DNA of 63,763 nucleotides, the filler included, from Phoronis australis (Eukaryota; Animalia; Phoronida), in the NCBI GenBank assembly GCA_002633005.1. It is 7 parts of 7 records of this genome, joined end to end, with 100 filler letters (N's around TTAATTAATTAA, not from the genome) between each part and the next. Parts side by side here need not be neighbours in the genome. Positions count along the whole stretch, not along the records: positions 1 to 29,940 come from NMRA01000703.1; 6 more parts are not named here. One strand, 5' to 3'. This document shows positions 12,499 through 24,980 of the stretch, piece after piece (the first letter of the stretch is position 1; each line of letters starts with the position of its first letter). The position numbers were made by a program, and so were the translations under genes. The notes beneath the pieces were generated by a model that made no database searches, was not told where the DNA came from, and saw nothing but the letters and a program-made list of their open reading frames with translations.

Positions 12499-15400
12499 TG
12501 TTACTCTGCGCGTGTAAGCGCAGAGTACTGTTGTTCCTGGGTTTTCTTCAATTTTATTACTCTGCGTGTAAGCGCAGAGTACTGTTGTTCCTGGGTTTTC
12601 TTCAATTTTATTCTTCTTATTCTTATTCTTCTTCCGACCAACTTTGAGGCTTAATAACTCCAAATTGGGTGCAGCTATGGTCTTTAAATTCAGCATATGA
12701 CTTTTGACAGTATATAAATTTTGGTTGGTTATATAATCATATTCCATATTGCACCGGAAGGTCATTTGGTGCAAAGGTCATATAATTTTCAAAATGCTAC
12801 TCCTCCTTCAGTTTTAAGGTAGGTGTATACACTGATCAAATCTCCAGGTTCCTAACTAAAATGAGTAAAAAGGGAGTTTTAACTAGTTAGACATGACTCT
12901 GAAAGTGACAAAAATCGAAAAAAAATGTTCTTTTTGTAGTTCGTTTTTTTAAAAAATAATATTTTTTAATTTTCAACAAATCCAATTTTACCTTGAATTT
13001 TTTTTCAAAATGCACAGGGATCATCAACTATTTCCTTACGCAATATTCTACTTATCCATACCAAATATATGTACAAAATCATTATGATCTTGATTTCGTG
13101 GCATTTTTTGTGTGTGAGTTGGGGCAAGCACGCCACTTTTTGTCATTTGGTCACTTTCCGTCTAATAACTAAAAATCTGGTCCATTTATCAAAAAACCCT
13201 GGCACACGATTTTACTTCAGTCCAAGAGGATTTCAAATTTGCAACTTTCATTAAAATTGACCCATGTGTTGCGGAAAACTAGGCCCGAGAATCGTGTCAT
13301 TATCCTGAAATCACGAGCCGAGAAAAACGGCTTTGAAGTTAAGCGGTCATCGATTGCCACTTGAGATCAAATTTCGTTTACAATGCGTGGTCATTATGTT
13401 CCAATTTTTGTTGAAGTACTAGAAATAAAGCTGATATTTACTTCATATTTAGAAAATGTGACATACCTGTTTGTTAACAGCGTAATTTTAATCATTTTTT
13501 CGAACTTGCGATGCACGACAGACGACCAAAACAAATATGGCTGTCACATGGGTGGAGCTTAGCGTTGATGTATTGTCTGCTGTAGTGATGTGCCGACCAC
13601 CATGTGTTGATTGTTTATATGATTCATCTGAACTCTCCACTCAGTTTGTAAAAGACTCTCTAACTATATTACACAGACCTATTTGTTAGTATTCCAATAT
13701 TATCATCAACCAATATATGTGTTATATCAAATCGCCGCGTTACTGCCTACATAACAATATTGGCGACGAGGATAAAGAACTACTTTCATAGTAATGGTTC
13801 AACATTTTTACGTGCCTGTACCGAATGGACTTTGGGATAAGAAAATATCACTTTCTGCGCAAATAGCGCCGCTTGGGTGAGATTCTCAAGTTACTAAAGT
13901 TTCTTATATTGCTTTCCTCTAAAATCGTATAATATCATGAGTTTTAATTCAGGGTTACGTTTGAATCTATGCACTAGAAAATTTTTTGTTATGTTGAACA
14001 CTGGGTCATTTCTCTAATTCTTTGGGTTACGGCCAGTGGCAAGTTAAAAATCCTCTGGGTTTGACAGCCTAGTTTCTCCACGGCACGTTCCCAGCACAGA
14101 AGCACGGTTTATCTGCGAAGACTCTACTCTGACGGCATGTAGTTGTCCATGTGTCGCGCGCGCGGCTTGTCTTCACAGCGCGTGCATGCACTCTCACCGA
14201 ATCGTGCAACACCACCCACGTCGACACTCAGCGTCCTCTCGCAAGACAACTGACCTTATATTACCGACTTCTCTTATACATGCACAATTTCTGCACGGAC
14301 TCCTCAAGCTGAGTGCAGTGATGGCTTCGGTAGGGCTTGGCGTACTCAACTTAATTTTTTTGCAGATAGACAAACAGGCTCAGGCTCGGAACAGGAGCTA
14401 GTTCACCATTTCACTACTAACTTTCACATGGTCAAAAATAGAATTGTTTTATTCTTGGTCTTGCTACAACAACAATATCAGCTGGTACATCACTCTCGAT
14501 TGCCCGGTTACGCAATGCTTGTTGACAGGGTTCAATTAGAGCTAGTGTCCTTGTATATAAGCTCCGCCCCAGTTGTCAATCACTGAGCTGGTGTCAGCAC
14601 TCAAGCCATATGACTTACTGAGGCTTGGTCAAATATAGCTAAAAAAACAACTTTGGATTTTCAGAATGATTTGATTTTTCTTCAGTATACTGTGCATCAA
14701 GCATTAAAGATTAGGATGATATGAAAATGTAAAAAACAGTCAAAATTAATTTTTTTGTGTATCCACCTACCTTAAAGTTATCTTTTTCAAATTCAGTGCA
14801 CAGGTATAAGTCAACATGACAATTTAAAAAATTACTTTTCTAAGTAATCAGGTCATCCAATCAGGTGAAATAGGTCAAAGGTCATTAGGTGCAAACTAAA
14901 ATTTTGAGCTAGACACTTCAAATTGACAGGTCTGATTGCCACAGGTAAATCAAATCGGAATCCAAAGTTTCAGGTCATTAGAGCAAACATGGGGTCATTA
15001 GGTGCATTTTTCTTCTGAAAATTTGACATTTTCAATCAGCAAGTATTCTGATGTGTCAACCGTTAGACAGTGATTCTCAGCGTTAAACACAATTTCCATG
15101 GGCTTTGCAATAATTCTCCTAAAGATGCTTAAAATGCACCGGATAAGATAAATTAGTGCAAAGGTCATGTAACGTTCAAAATGTTATATCTCGTACGTTT
15201 TCCAAGGAATTCTTTTCAATTTCAGCACACTTGGGTAAGTCAACATGCCAATTGAATACCCTACTTTACTTCGCAATAGACCTGACCAATCAGAAAAAAT
15301 AGGTCAAAGGTCATTGAGTGCAAACTAAAATTTTGAGCTAGACTTCAAAATTACATAATTTTATTTGTTTACTAAGTGCGATTGAGTTTGAATTCTAAAT

Positions 15401-15757
15401 TTTCAGGTCATTTGGTGCACCCATGGTGTCATTAGGTGCATTTTTCTTCTGAAAGTTTGACCAATTCATTCATCTTGTATTCTGAAGTGCTTAAAGTACA
15501 ACATCAGTGATTTTTAGCATTAACCACACTTTTAATCGAGTTACCTATTACTCCCTCATCGGGCTCATAATGCACCGGAAGAGGTCAATTAGTGGAAAGG
15601 TCATCAAAAAATTAATGTGTAATTTCTCCTACAATTTTAAAGAATTCCTTTTCATATTGGTAAATGGGTTGCTGTCAGTAACTTTCCATAATAATTCCAG
15701 TAATACGCATGCGCTGAGTCCGTTATTGTCACGCCGTGACAATAATTTTTCTAGTTT
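12499..15757 (+). mobile_element. HINE family B, interrupted by a TTAA element
   Basis: Tandemly duplicated 5' end with hairpin ACTCTGCGC...GCGCAGAGT, then a (TTC/TTA) microsatellite and internal AAAGGTCATT.GGTGCA repeats. The 3' end has subTIR GCGCTGAGT, a perfect hairpin TTATTGTCAC-gcc-GTGACAATAA and CTAGTTT. Confidence 0.78.
12818..14771 (+). mobile_element. Non-autonomous Kolobok-type DNA transposon, copy 1 (1954 bp)
   Basis: TTAA|GGTAGGTGTATACAC ... GTGTATCCACCTACC|TTAA. RR..YY termini with a TTAA TSD fit Kolobok. Second copy at 24981-26911. Confidence 0.85.
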
Positions 15758-15927
15758 ATACATTTTCTTAGTTTCTGAGGTTTCAGTAACAGCTAATATG
15801 AAAAATATCACTTTTTATGCCAAATAATCGCAAAATTTTTTAAATTTAAAGAAAAATTAGTTATTTCCAAGATTCGCGACAAATGATGTAATGGGTGGAA
15901 GATGTTTGGTCACTCGGAAATCAATTG

Positions 15928-15986
15928 CAATAGTGGAACACACAAATCAGAAGACATTGTCTTCTGATTTGTGTGTTCCACTATTG
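15928..15986. repeat. Perfect 59-bp palindrome (29-bp arms, 1-nt loop)
   Basis: CAATAGTGGAACACACAAATCAGAAGACA-T-TGTCTTCTGATTTGTGTGTTCCACTATTG. Confidence 0.95.
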
Positions 15987-17913
15987 ATTTCGACTGAGAA
16001 CTGGGCAATTATTATGGAGACATAGGGAGAGTGGATACGGGTACCACACTCAAGTACTTGAAGAATCACACAATGAATTCGATTTCCCACTTAGCCAACT
16101 TTCATTGGTTTTGAGGCCGTATAAACTCAACCCACTTGCACGAGAAATGCCGCAGACATATGTGAGCCACAACCAACTGAACCAAGGGGTCAATGTTCAC
16201 GAAACAGACACTTAATAATTACTGACAACGGCTACAGTAAACCCGAGTCACTCGTATTCACTATTTCCTTGATGGAATGAGCACGGTCAAGGCAATTAAG
16301 TTTACGAGTCGTAGCACTCGATCTGGTATAGGGTGGAGAGCCTGGCACCACTCACCCCAGAATGGAAAGTTTTCTCGTTGAAAATTTGCAAATACACTTG
16401 CAAGGTGGCGAGTCCTTCATCGTAACACCACTTTTGTGTTTGGTCAAAATAAGATTCCTTGAAAGGTGCCGAACAAAGTGTGGCCCCCAATTGAATCGCA
16501 TGTTCCACATTGACATTCCACAACCTTGTGCAAAACACAAAATCGATGCAATTTCTGTGCAACTTAATTGGAAAATTAGAAGACAGAGACGTTCTCAGTC
16601 AAGTTGCTGTTACTACAACTTCCACAAACACACCATTTCATGTCCAAACAAGAGCAACGCAAAGCGTTGAAATGCACCCACAAATGCACTGCAGATGGTG
16701 TACTTCTAGGGTTGTTTATTTGTATCATAAAAATAACGCAAAAATATCGAATCCGTCTAAAAACGGGGACATGCCATTGATTCTTTAGTAGAAAGCTTTT
16801 TACCAATTTTCATACAAATCTGTAAAGGAACTTCAGGGAAACAAAGGAAAATGGAAAAAATAAAATTGCCACTAGGGGGCGCAGCACTGGTTGGATCTGC
16901 CTGAGTCGTCTTTGCCTGTTGTTAGCTTCATATAAATATCGTTACTAAATTTAATAAAGATCCTGCAGTGGGTTTAGGAGATACAGCTATGAGTGCAAAA
17001 CAAAACAAAACTACCACTAGGAGGCCCCCAGTAGTCGAAGTCGTCATTGTCAACTGCCTTCTTCATATTGAGAATATATACGCCAATATTAAAAATCATT
17101 AGAATAGTTTGGTTGATAAAGGAGTGGACGTCAAAAAACAGACTAGAAAACAGCAAAAATGGCTACTAGGGGGCGCAAAACATCTCAATTTCATCCGAAA
17201 ATGGGAGGATAGCGTCATCTCATCAACAGATGCTTATATTCCAAATTTTATGAAAATCCGTTGAGGACCTTTGAAGGTACAGAGGTAAAAGTAGAAAACT
17301 AAAATGTCACTAGGAGGCACATGGCTTAAGTCAGATCCGTTCGAAAGTCATCGTCGTCCGTTCAGTCAACATCATATCAATACACTTTTTAAATTTAGTA
17401 AAGATCATGCAAACCGTTTAGGAGATACCGCCATGGCCGCAAAAGAAACAAAACAGCCACTATAACGCGCCACAGTAGTCGAAGTCGTCGGAAAATCGTC
17501 AGCCATCCTCTTGGTAGTAGATACATGCCATTTTTCAAAATCGTCCTTAGAGCGGTTTGGTTGATGGAGGGGTGGACTCGAAAAAACAGACTCCAAAACG
17601 GTAAAAATGGCCACTAGGTGGCTCAAACTATGTCAAATCCATCAGAAAACGAGAGGATAGCATTACCTGCCTAACAGACGCCAAATGTTATTAAGGTACA
17701 ATGAGGACCTTTGAACATACAGCAGTAAACATAAAAAATAAAATTGCCACTAGGGGGCACACCGGTAGTCCAATCCGTTCGAAAGTCGTCATCAATTTGT
17801 CAACTTCATATAAATATACTTGCTTAATTTAATAAGTAGCCTTCAGAGCGTTTACGATATATAGCTTTGAGGTACCAAATCATACAAAACTGCCACTAGT
17901 AAGAGCACACATA

Positions 17914-19365
17914 CCGTATTCGCCTTACCGCCCAGTGCGCTTAGAAAAATTCCGATTCTGAGGGGGCGCTTATTGTAACCCAAGGCAGTTGAAACTCGGC
18001 CTCCGAAACGGGTGAAATTGGAAGCTAAGATTCACCATTATTTACGGTATGTGAGGTATCTGTAACCTATGACAGACTTTAGACAAATTTGTAGTGCAAT
18101 GCTATCAAACTTTTCTGTTAAATTACGATCATTTTACAGAAAATTGTGCTGAAATCCCAGGGCGAAAACTCACTGACTGACTGCCTCGCTATTGTCTACA
18201 TGGCGACTTGAATGCTTGAATTCAAATAGTTTTGACTCAAGCAAATTATCTAAAATTCTCCTCGAGTTTTCCAAATAGTGCCCCTAAGATTTTTAAGTTC
18301 CGTGGAGTCAGGATTAACAGCAGGTTAAGTACAAATGTGTGCTACATCTTGCCATGCACCTATGATCGGCAACAAGAGAAAAATCTCTGGATGAACACAC
18401 GTTGTCACGTGACATTTGTTTTGAAGTTCGTCTACGTGTGTGAGTAAGCAAGCGCGTGCGTGCCACCAGAGTTCATTTGCCAGAATGTGATCTAACGAGC
18501 TACATGTGCATTGTATCTAAGAATAATTAGCACAAGCAGTAGGCCTAAAGCAGAACGTGTTTCATTCAGCACTTGCTCATCTCATTTGCTGAAAGCGTTC
18601 AATATTTCTGTCGCTAAGGCCCATATTAGTCGCGAGTATCTGGCAGTTATTTTTTGGTGTAAGGGTGTGTAAGCTATCACTGCCAGTGGTCACTTTATTG
18701 GATATTTGGCTTAAAAACACCAGTTACGATTAATCAAACCATCTCTCTTAAAAATAACGCAAACATTTTTTAGAAACTGTCGAAAATTAGTGCCAATATT
18801 CATTTCTTGCCGATGCTATGCTACCCGTTTCATGAATGGATAGTTCCCAACTAATGTCTTTGATGACAGGTTCATGTATGTAGTGCGCGCTTCCTGACCA
18901 CGTGCTTTCGACACTGGCCAAGTTTTTTTATTAGTCTTCGATTCGGGGTTTTCACGTGTACAAAGAAATTTGTATTCCTGTTGAGGGCGGGAAATATCTA
19001 CAATACCATCCCTTTGACAAGTACACTACGCCTATTCTGAAAGGCCAGACCATAGACGGACACATTCCTCGCAAGATAGCAAAGTCTTTGAGTTCGTTTT
19101 GAGGCACGGTGGAAGTTTGAAGTGTATCGTCACGGCTAAATACCGACATAGCAGTGTGCTTGTAGTCTACAAATTCTGCGCACAATTTTTTCAGGACTGT
19201 CGGATGTTATTGATAAACTGAAGACGTTACTGTAGAACTTTAGGACTGTAGGTAAGGCATCTTTCGCAAGTACACGTTCATGGGCTGGGCCCTTATTTTA
19301 GCAAAGTCTGAAAAGCTGTGGGGGGGCGCTTATAGAGGCACGGGCAGTTATTAGGGCGAATACAG
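17914..19365. mobile_element. Tc1/mariner-superfamily (Tc2/pogo-like) non-autonomous element
   Basis: TA|CCGTATTCGCC ... GGCGAATACAG|TA, with subterminal GGGGGCGCTTAT repeats at both ends. Confidence 0.8.
18932..19167 (+). pseudogene. Decayed HIRAN-like domain carried by the Tc2/pogo-like element
   Basis: Reads SSIRGFHVYKEICIPVEG..HPFDKYTTPILKGQTIDGHIPRKIAK, then after a frameshift FVLRHGGSLKCIVTAKYR. This resembles the RG(Y/F)HVY...N..D..AV...VGH.PR...FL..GG...C.VT pattern of invertebrate HIRAN-like proteins. Confidence 0.65.
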
Positions 19366-22179
19366 TAACAGTTTTCACAATCATCCTTAGAGCGGTTTGG
19401 TTGATAGAGGGACGGACACCAAAAGACAGACTCGAAAACAGTAAAAATGGCCACTAGGTGGCGCAAAATACGTCAAATGAATTATGAAAACGCTTGGATA
19501 GCGTCATCTCTTTAATAGAGGCCGATGTGCCAAGTTTTATAAAGATCCGTTGAGGACCTTTGAAGATACAGAGGTAAACGTAAAAAACTAAAAATGTCAC
19601 TAGAGGGCATAACAGTAGCCCAGTGCATCAGAAATTCATCATCCATCGTCAGCTTCACAGGAACACATCTGCCACATCTCATCAAGATCCTGTGAGGGGT
19701 TTAGAAGATACAGCTGTGGATGCAGGACATATAAATATGTGCATGCACAAAATGGCATTTGTCCACGGCCTTTCCCCACAACTCCTCAGTATCCCACTGG
19801 TAAAAACATCAATGGCAGAGATGGTCTTCCACTCATTATGTACAACCCGATAACAGCAAAATATATTTTAAAAAATTTTACCGTGTTTCTTAGAAACAGG
19901 TATACTAAAGGCTATTCAATCTCTCAAGATGCATCGATAAAATTCTTTTTGAGACACAGGGTCATAGTGGAAACTCTTTAAGGTCCTACATAACCTTAAA
20001 AAAGCAGCTGAAGTCAACTAAATTTCGACGTTGTAAAGCAGTTATAGTGAACTGACATTTGCGATTCAAACACTAATTTCGATTATTGTTTACGCTCTTC
20101 ATATTTATGAAATCATCAATTGTGTAGTTTTTCATAAAGAAGTTTTATACTTGCTAAGCAGAGTTATTACATTTGATGACCCAGTTTGCAACACTTGATT
20201 AACTCAGTCCATGCTTGGAAACAGTTGTTGAATGATTATCGATGACTGAACTTGCATAGCATAACAGTACCTGGACCTTGTACATTTATGTGGTTGACGT
20301 AAATTTAGTGCGTGCAAATGAAAAATTCATGTAGCAAGTCTTTTAAATGCTGAGATTTTCAAATTCTACATAACCATTCTTAAAAAAGTAAAAACATATG
20401 ACAGTCAAATTCATTTGCAAAAATTTCATGAAACCTCGAGTATTTAGAACCGTCTTATTTTTGCAGAGTAGATATGTTTTTGCAAATCAGGAAAATCCAA
20501 TTCAAAGCTTGTGATTCTTTTTCTGGTATTTTTCCAAATAAAATGATGTGATAAACTTCATTGTTTCCAATGGTGAACACGTCGTATTTCCAACACAAAT
20601 CTACATATCTCTGTAGAATTGTAGAAAATATGTTGCAGAATGTCCTCTACAAAGAACAGGAATTCCAGTCAATAATATTGATTTTACAACGAAAGTTGAT
20701 AGTAACTAAAGTTGTAGGAAGAATATCATTATTGTAAATGTTACAACATAGCGTAATTAGTACAATAGCGCCGTACTGGATTACACAGCGATTAAGTTCT
20801 TCTTTGTCTCTCTGAGAGGTGAGAAAGCACGTTGTTTTCATTGGGCTCGTTTTGAAATGTCACGCATAATTTTCACTGGTCATGTCGGAAACTGTCGAGG
20901 TGCATGACCGTGGAATTATTACTGACTTCAACCGATTGAGAATACTAGAATTGAAAGGTAACTTAAAGAAAGGGTAATTCTGTTTGGTTCAAAATTAAAC
21001 CGTGATTGTTGTATAGAAGGCAACTAACTCAACACCAAGCATTCACGGAAACTTGTCAAATTTCTTCAACTTTCTCCCATCTGAGTTAGAGTAAGGAGTA
21101 TGAAGAATAGAAGACTTCATCTTGCCATTCGCCGCAATAGTTATCGGTTGAAAAACTAGCACCCCAAGCAGCGAATAAACACCACTAATTTAGCGGTGCG
21201 GTTCGATTCATGTAAACACTGATAAATTCATACTTTAATGATGGTCAACGTGCAGTAAAATTACTGGGCGATTAAAAATGGGTAAAATACATTAACTAAA
21301 ATCCACTGATAATCGAATGAGAATGAAAATGTGTGTTTTAATAAATATTAGTGTATTCGCTTTCTGAAGCTCCCTTCAAAGGCCATCGTGGCTTGTTTCA
21401 AATTTGAGTTCTTAATAAGGAAAATTTCCGTTCCTTGTAACATTTCATACCTCCATGGACTACAGTTTAGAGACTGCTCCTGGGAGTTCATCTGGGGAGT
21501 TGTCCCAGGTGCCAGCAAAGGCCAGTAAAAGGGAAGAGTGCAAACCAGGTGGGTGCCGAATGGGTGCTGACCCCTTCCCAGGGGGGTACATGGAAGGAGT
21601 GCTAAACAGGTAAAAACCAATTGGGTATGCCACATGAATGTTGAGCCCCTCCCATCATCACAAATTTTGATTGTTGCCCTGACCATTGACAAGCTGTGCT
21701 GAGGTGATGATAAAATTTGGCCATTGTTTTGAGCATGACGCCAAGGACTTTTGCTTGTAATGACTGGTGGCCATCATGCCCTAGTACCATCCAGCATGTT
21801 TTCCAACTGTTCATTACAAAGTGCTCCCAGCACACTGTGCGTTTCTTGTCCACCCAAGAAGCTCCGGCCCTTGCACAACGTTAACAAACAACCCAGCAAC
21901 GTGTTGTTCGTCGGGTAAAATGGTGGCTTGCAAACGAAGGTGTGTCGAGAATGCTGCGTTCTGGTCTGAGTTAAGCAGTCATTCAAAAATCTTGGGATAG
22001 GTCAATTCGTTTGTGCAGTAGGAGTAACACAAGTAAGAAGAAGAAAGCAAGACAATTCATCACTACCACAACACTGTATACCATTCTGATGCTCTCTCAC
22101 ATATAATTTTAGTACACGTACATAGACAACAAAGTGTGTGGAGAAGGCAGAGCATAGTGTGTGCACCCGGGTGAGAATT

Positions 22180-22610
22180 TTACACGTTTGACACGCTTTT
22201 GAGCGTGTCAAACGTGTCAGACGTGTAAAAAAAGTGTAATACGTGTCAAAATTGCCACGTTAACGTGTAAAACGTGTAAAAACATGACGTGTAAAATTTG
22301 CCACGTTAGCGTGTCAAACGTGTAAAATTTGCCACGTTAGTGTGTCGAACGTGTAAAATTTGCCACGTTAGCGTGTCAAACATGTAAAAATTGACACGCT
22401 AGCGTGTCAAACGTGTAAAATTTGCCACATTAGCGTGTCAAACGTGTAAAGTTTGCCACGTTAACGTGTCAAACTTGTAAAGTTTGACACGCTAGCATAT
22501 CAAACGTGTAAAATGTGACACGCTACGGTGTCAAACGTGTAAAATTTTGACACGCTAGCGTGTCGAACGTGTAAAATTTTGACACGCTAGCGTGTCGAAC
22601 GTGTAAAATA
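22180..22610. repeat. 31-bp minisatellite with internal palindrome
   Basis: Unit AAACGTGTAAAATTTG(C/A)CACG(T/C)TAGCGTGTC, about 12 copies, including the palindrome GACACGCTAGCGTGTC. One inverted partial unit lies at the left edge. Confidence 0.93.
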
Positions 22611-22779
22611 TGATAGAACTCTTCAATAAAGATACAATTTAAATAGGCTTGGCAGTTCTGAAAAGGCCACTGGGAGGTAATCACCCAATTTGAATGATTA
22701 AACATGTTCCCTCAATAACATCAAAGAGTTTGCAACAAAAGTTTTCACTGCCTATTGAAATATCCAAATATTGAGTTAG

Positions 22780-24082
22780 AGTGAGGTGCCACAGTACTTA
22801 GTCGTCATCATCAAACGTCCTCTTCAAACTGAGAACATATACGCCAATTTTCAAAACCATCCCTAGAATGATTTGGTTGATACAGTGGTAGACGCCAAAA
22901 ACAAGATTTGAAAACGGAAAAAATGGCCACTAGGTGGCGCAAAATACCTCGATTCCATCCAAAAACAGGAAAATAACATCATCTCACCAATAGATATACT
23001 TAAAATTTGATGAAAATCTGTTGAGGACCTTTGAAGATACAGAGTTAAACGTAAAAACTAAAATTGCCACTAGGGGCACACCAGTAGCCAGATCTTTCCG
23101 AAAGTTGTTGTCGTCCGTACTCGAATCATATAAATACACTTGCTAAATTAAGTAAAGATCTTGCAAACAGTTTAGAAGATACACCCATGAGCACAAAATA
23201 ACTGCCACTAGGAGGTGCCCCAGTAGACGGAGTCTTCGGAAAATCATCATCAGCCGTCCACTTCATAGTAAAAACATACATATCAATTTTCACAAAAACA
23301 GTACAAATGGCCATTAGGTGGCGCAAACAACATCAAATTCATCTGAAAATGGAGCGATTGCGTCACCTCATTAACAGATGCCAGTATGCCAAATTTTATG
23401 AAAATACATCGAGGACCTTTGAAGATACAGAGGTAAATGTAAAAAAAATAAAATTGCCACTAGGTGACACACCAGTAGTCAGATCAGTCAGAAAGTCATT
23501 GTCGACCGTTGTAAACATCATATAAGTATACTTACTAAATTTCGTAAAGATCTTTCCAACGATTTAGGATACACAGCCATAGTCGCGAAAAAAACTGACA
23601 CTAGGAGGCACCACAGTAGTCAGTCATCGGAAAAATCATCGGCGGACTTCATAGTAAGAACATACATGCCAATTTTCACAATCTTCCTTTGAGCGGATTG
23701 GCTGATTGGGTGGACGCAAAAAAACAGACTCGAAAAGTGAAAAATGGCCACTAGGTGGTGCAAACTACATGGAATCCATTCAAAAATGAGAAGATCGCAT
23801 CATCTCACTAATAGGTGCCTAATACATACCAAATTTCATAAAAATCCGTTAGGACTTTTGAAAATAGAGGTAAGCGTAAAAAACTAAAATTGCCACTAGG
23901 GGCACACAGGTTGTCGGAGCCATCCGAAAATTTGCTCATGCCGTCTATCATGCATGGAAGGAACATATGTGCAGAATTTCATGAGCATATGTCAAGGGGT
24001 TTTGGAGATAGAGCAGTGGGAGTCAGATGGACGGAGATGACGGCATAATGCGTTCACATATAAACATGTGGGCGCATAAAAA
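22780..24082 (-). mobile_element. HINE family C copy (5' end retained)
   Basis: Same GCCACTAGGNGGC and GAGGACCTTTGAAGATACAG subrepeats. Ends GGACGGAGATGACGGCATAATGCGTTCACATATAAACATGTGGGCGCATAAAAA, the reverse complement of the 5' end at 51321. Confidence 0.85.
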
Positions 24083-24980
24083 TGACACGTTTGGGGTTTA
24101 AACCTGGATGAATTAGTGCAATTTATCGCACTGAAAAATGCGTTCTTCCCCATTCTTCCTGCGCTTCTTACTTGACCGCTGCTTATTCACCACTTGGTGG
24201 CACAAGTACTAGCAATAACAACAAAATCACAAGTGAACTCTCCTATTGTACTATGTACACTCCTTGGTTACAGCCCACAGCACAGCAGTAATTCATTGCT
24301 GTCACTGAAGGGATGAATAGAGTAATGTATCCCAGAAAACAACACAATATGAGAACAACAAAGAACGTGTGGAACTCCAATGGCATGAAAATAAGTTTAC
24401 AAAAGAGCTTGTGGCATTGTGGGTAAATACAACAAGATTTGAGTGTCACTGAGTACAAAATGCTGGATGGCCTTATTGCAAGGTGACATATAGTAGTGCT
24501 TTCAAATTTCTTGCCTAAAGGTAAAACCCCAACTCTGTATACTTAGACTGGGCTGTTGGAATTACAGAATTTTCACACAATACACAATAAAACGATTTGC
24601 ACCAAAAGCTAAAATAAAACGTTAAATGGACGGAGTAGACAATTTTTTAAAAATCTTTCAGTTGGATCGATTTTTTGGAGAAAGGATTTTACAGCTTTAA
24701 TTAAAGAAAAATATTTAAAAAATGAGATCTAATATCAATTTTTCTTTCTTTATCTTGATGAGTAAAAATTATTTTGCTTATCCAACTGGTTGTTAATAAT
24801 AGAAAGCCCTACTGAACATAGTTTTTCTGCCCTCTTAAACATCCAAGTATTATACCATAAACTTGTTGAAAGTATATAAACAAAATTGAACCAGTGTTGC
24901 ATTGATACTTTTACATAAGTTAGCTTAAAGTACGGTAAGATAAAACTGGGATACAAGACCAACGTCCTCTGTCCTCTTAA

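Larger units (their letters stand above)
16646..19753 (-). mobile_element. HINE family C, near full-length copy, interrupted by a Tc2/pogo-like element
   Basis: The 3' end read on minus is GTGGGTGCATTT-CAACGC.TTGCGTTG-CTCTTGTT. Internal ~145-bp subrepeats each contain GCCACTAG(G/A)NGGC. A degenerate 5' end ACATATAAATATGTG lies at ~19727-19753. Confidence 0.78.

Noticed and set aside
16302-16670. Overlapping 60-100 aa ORFs as genes
   Set aside because: No motifs or splice context. Like most ORF-track entries here, they are consistent with chance ORFs or TE interiors.
21790-21860. VCWEHF as a second THAP domain
   Set aside because: No upstream C-x-C, FP or AVP motifs in compatible frames.
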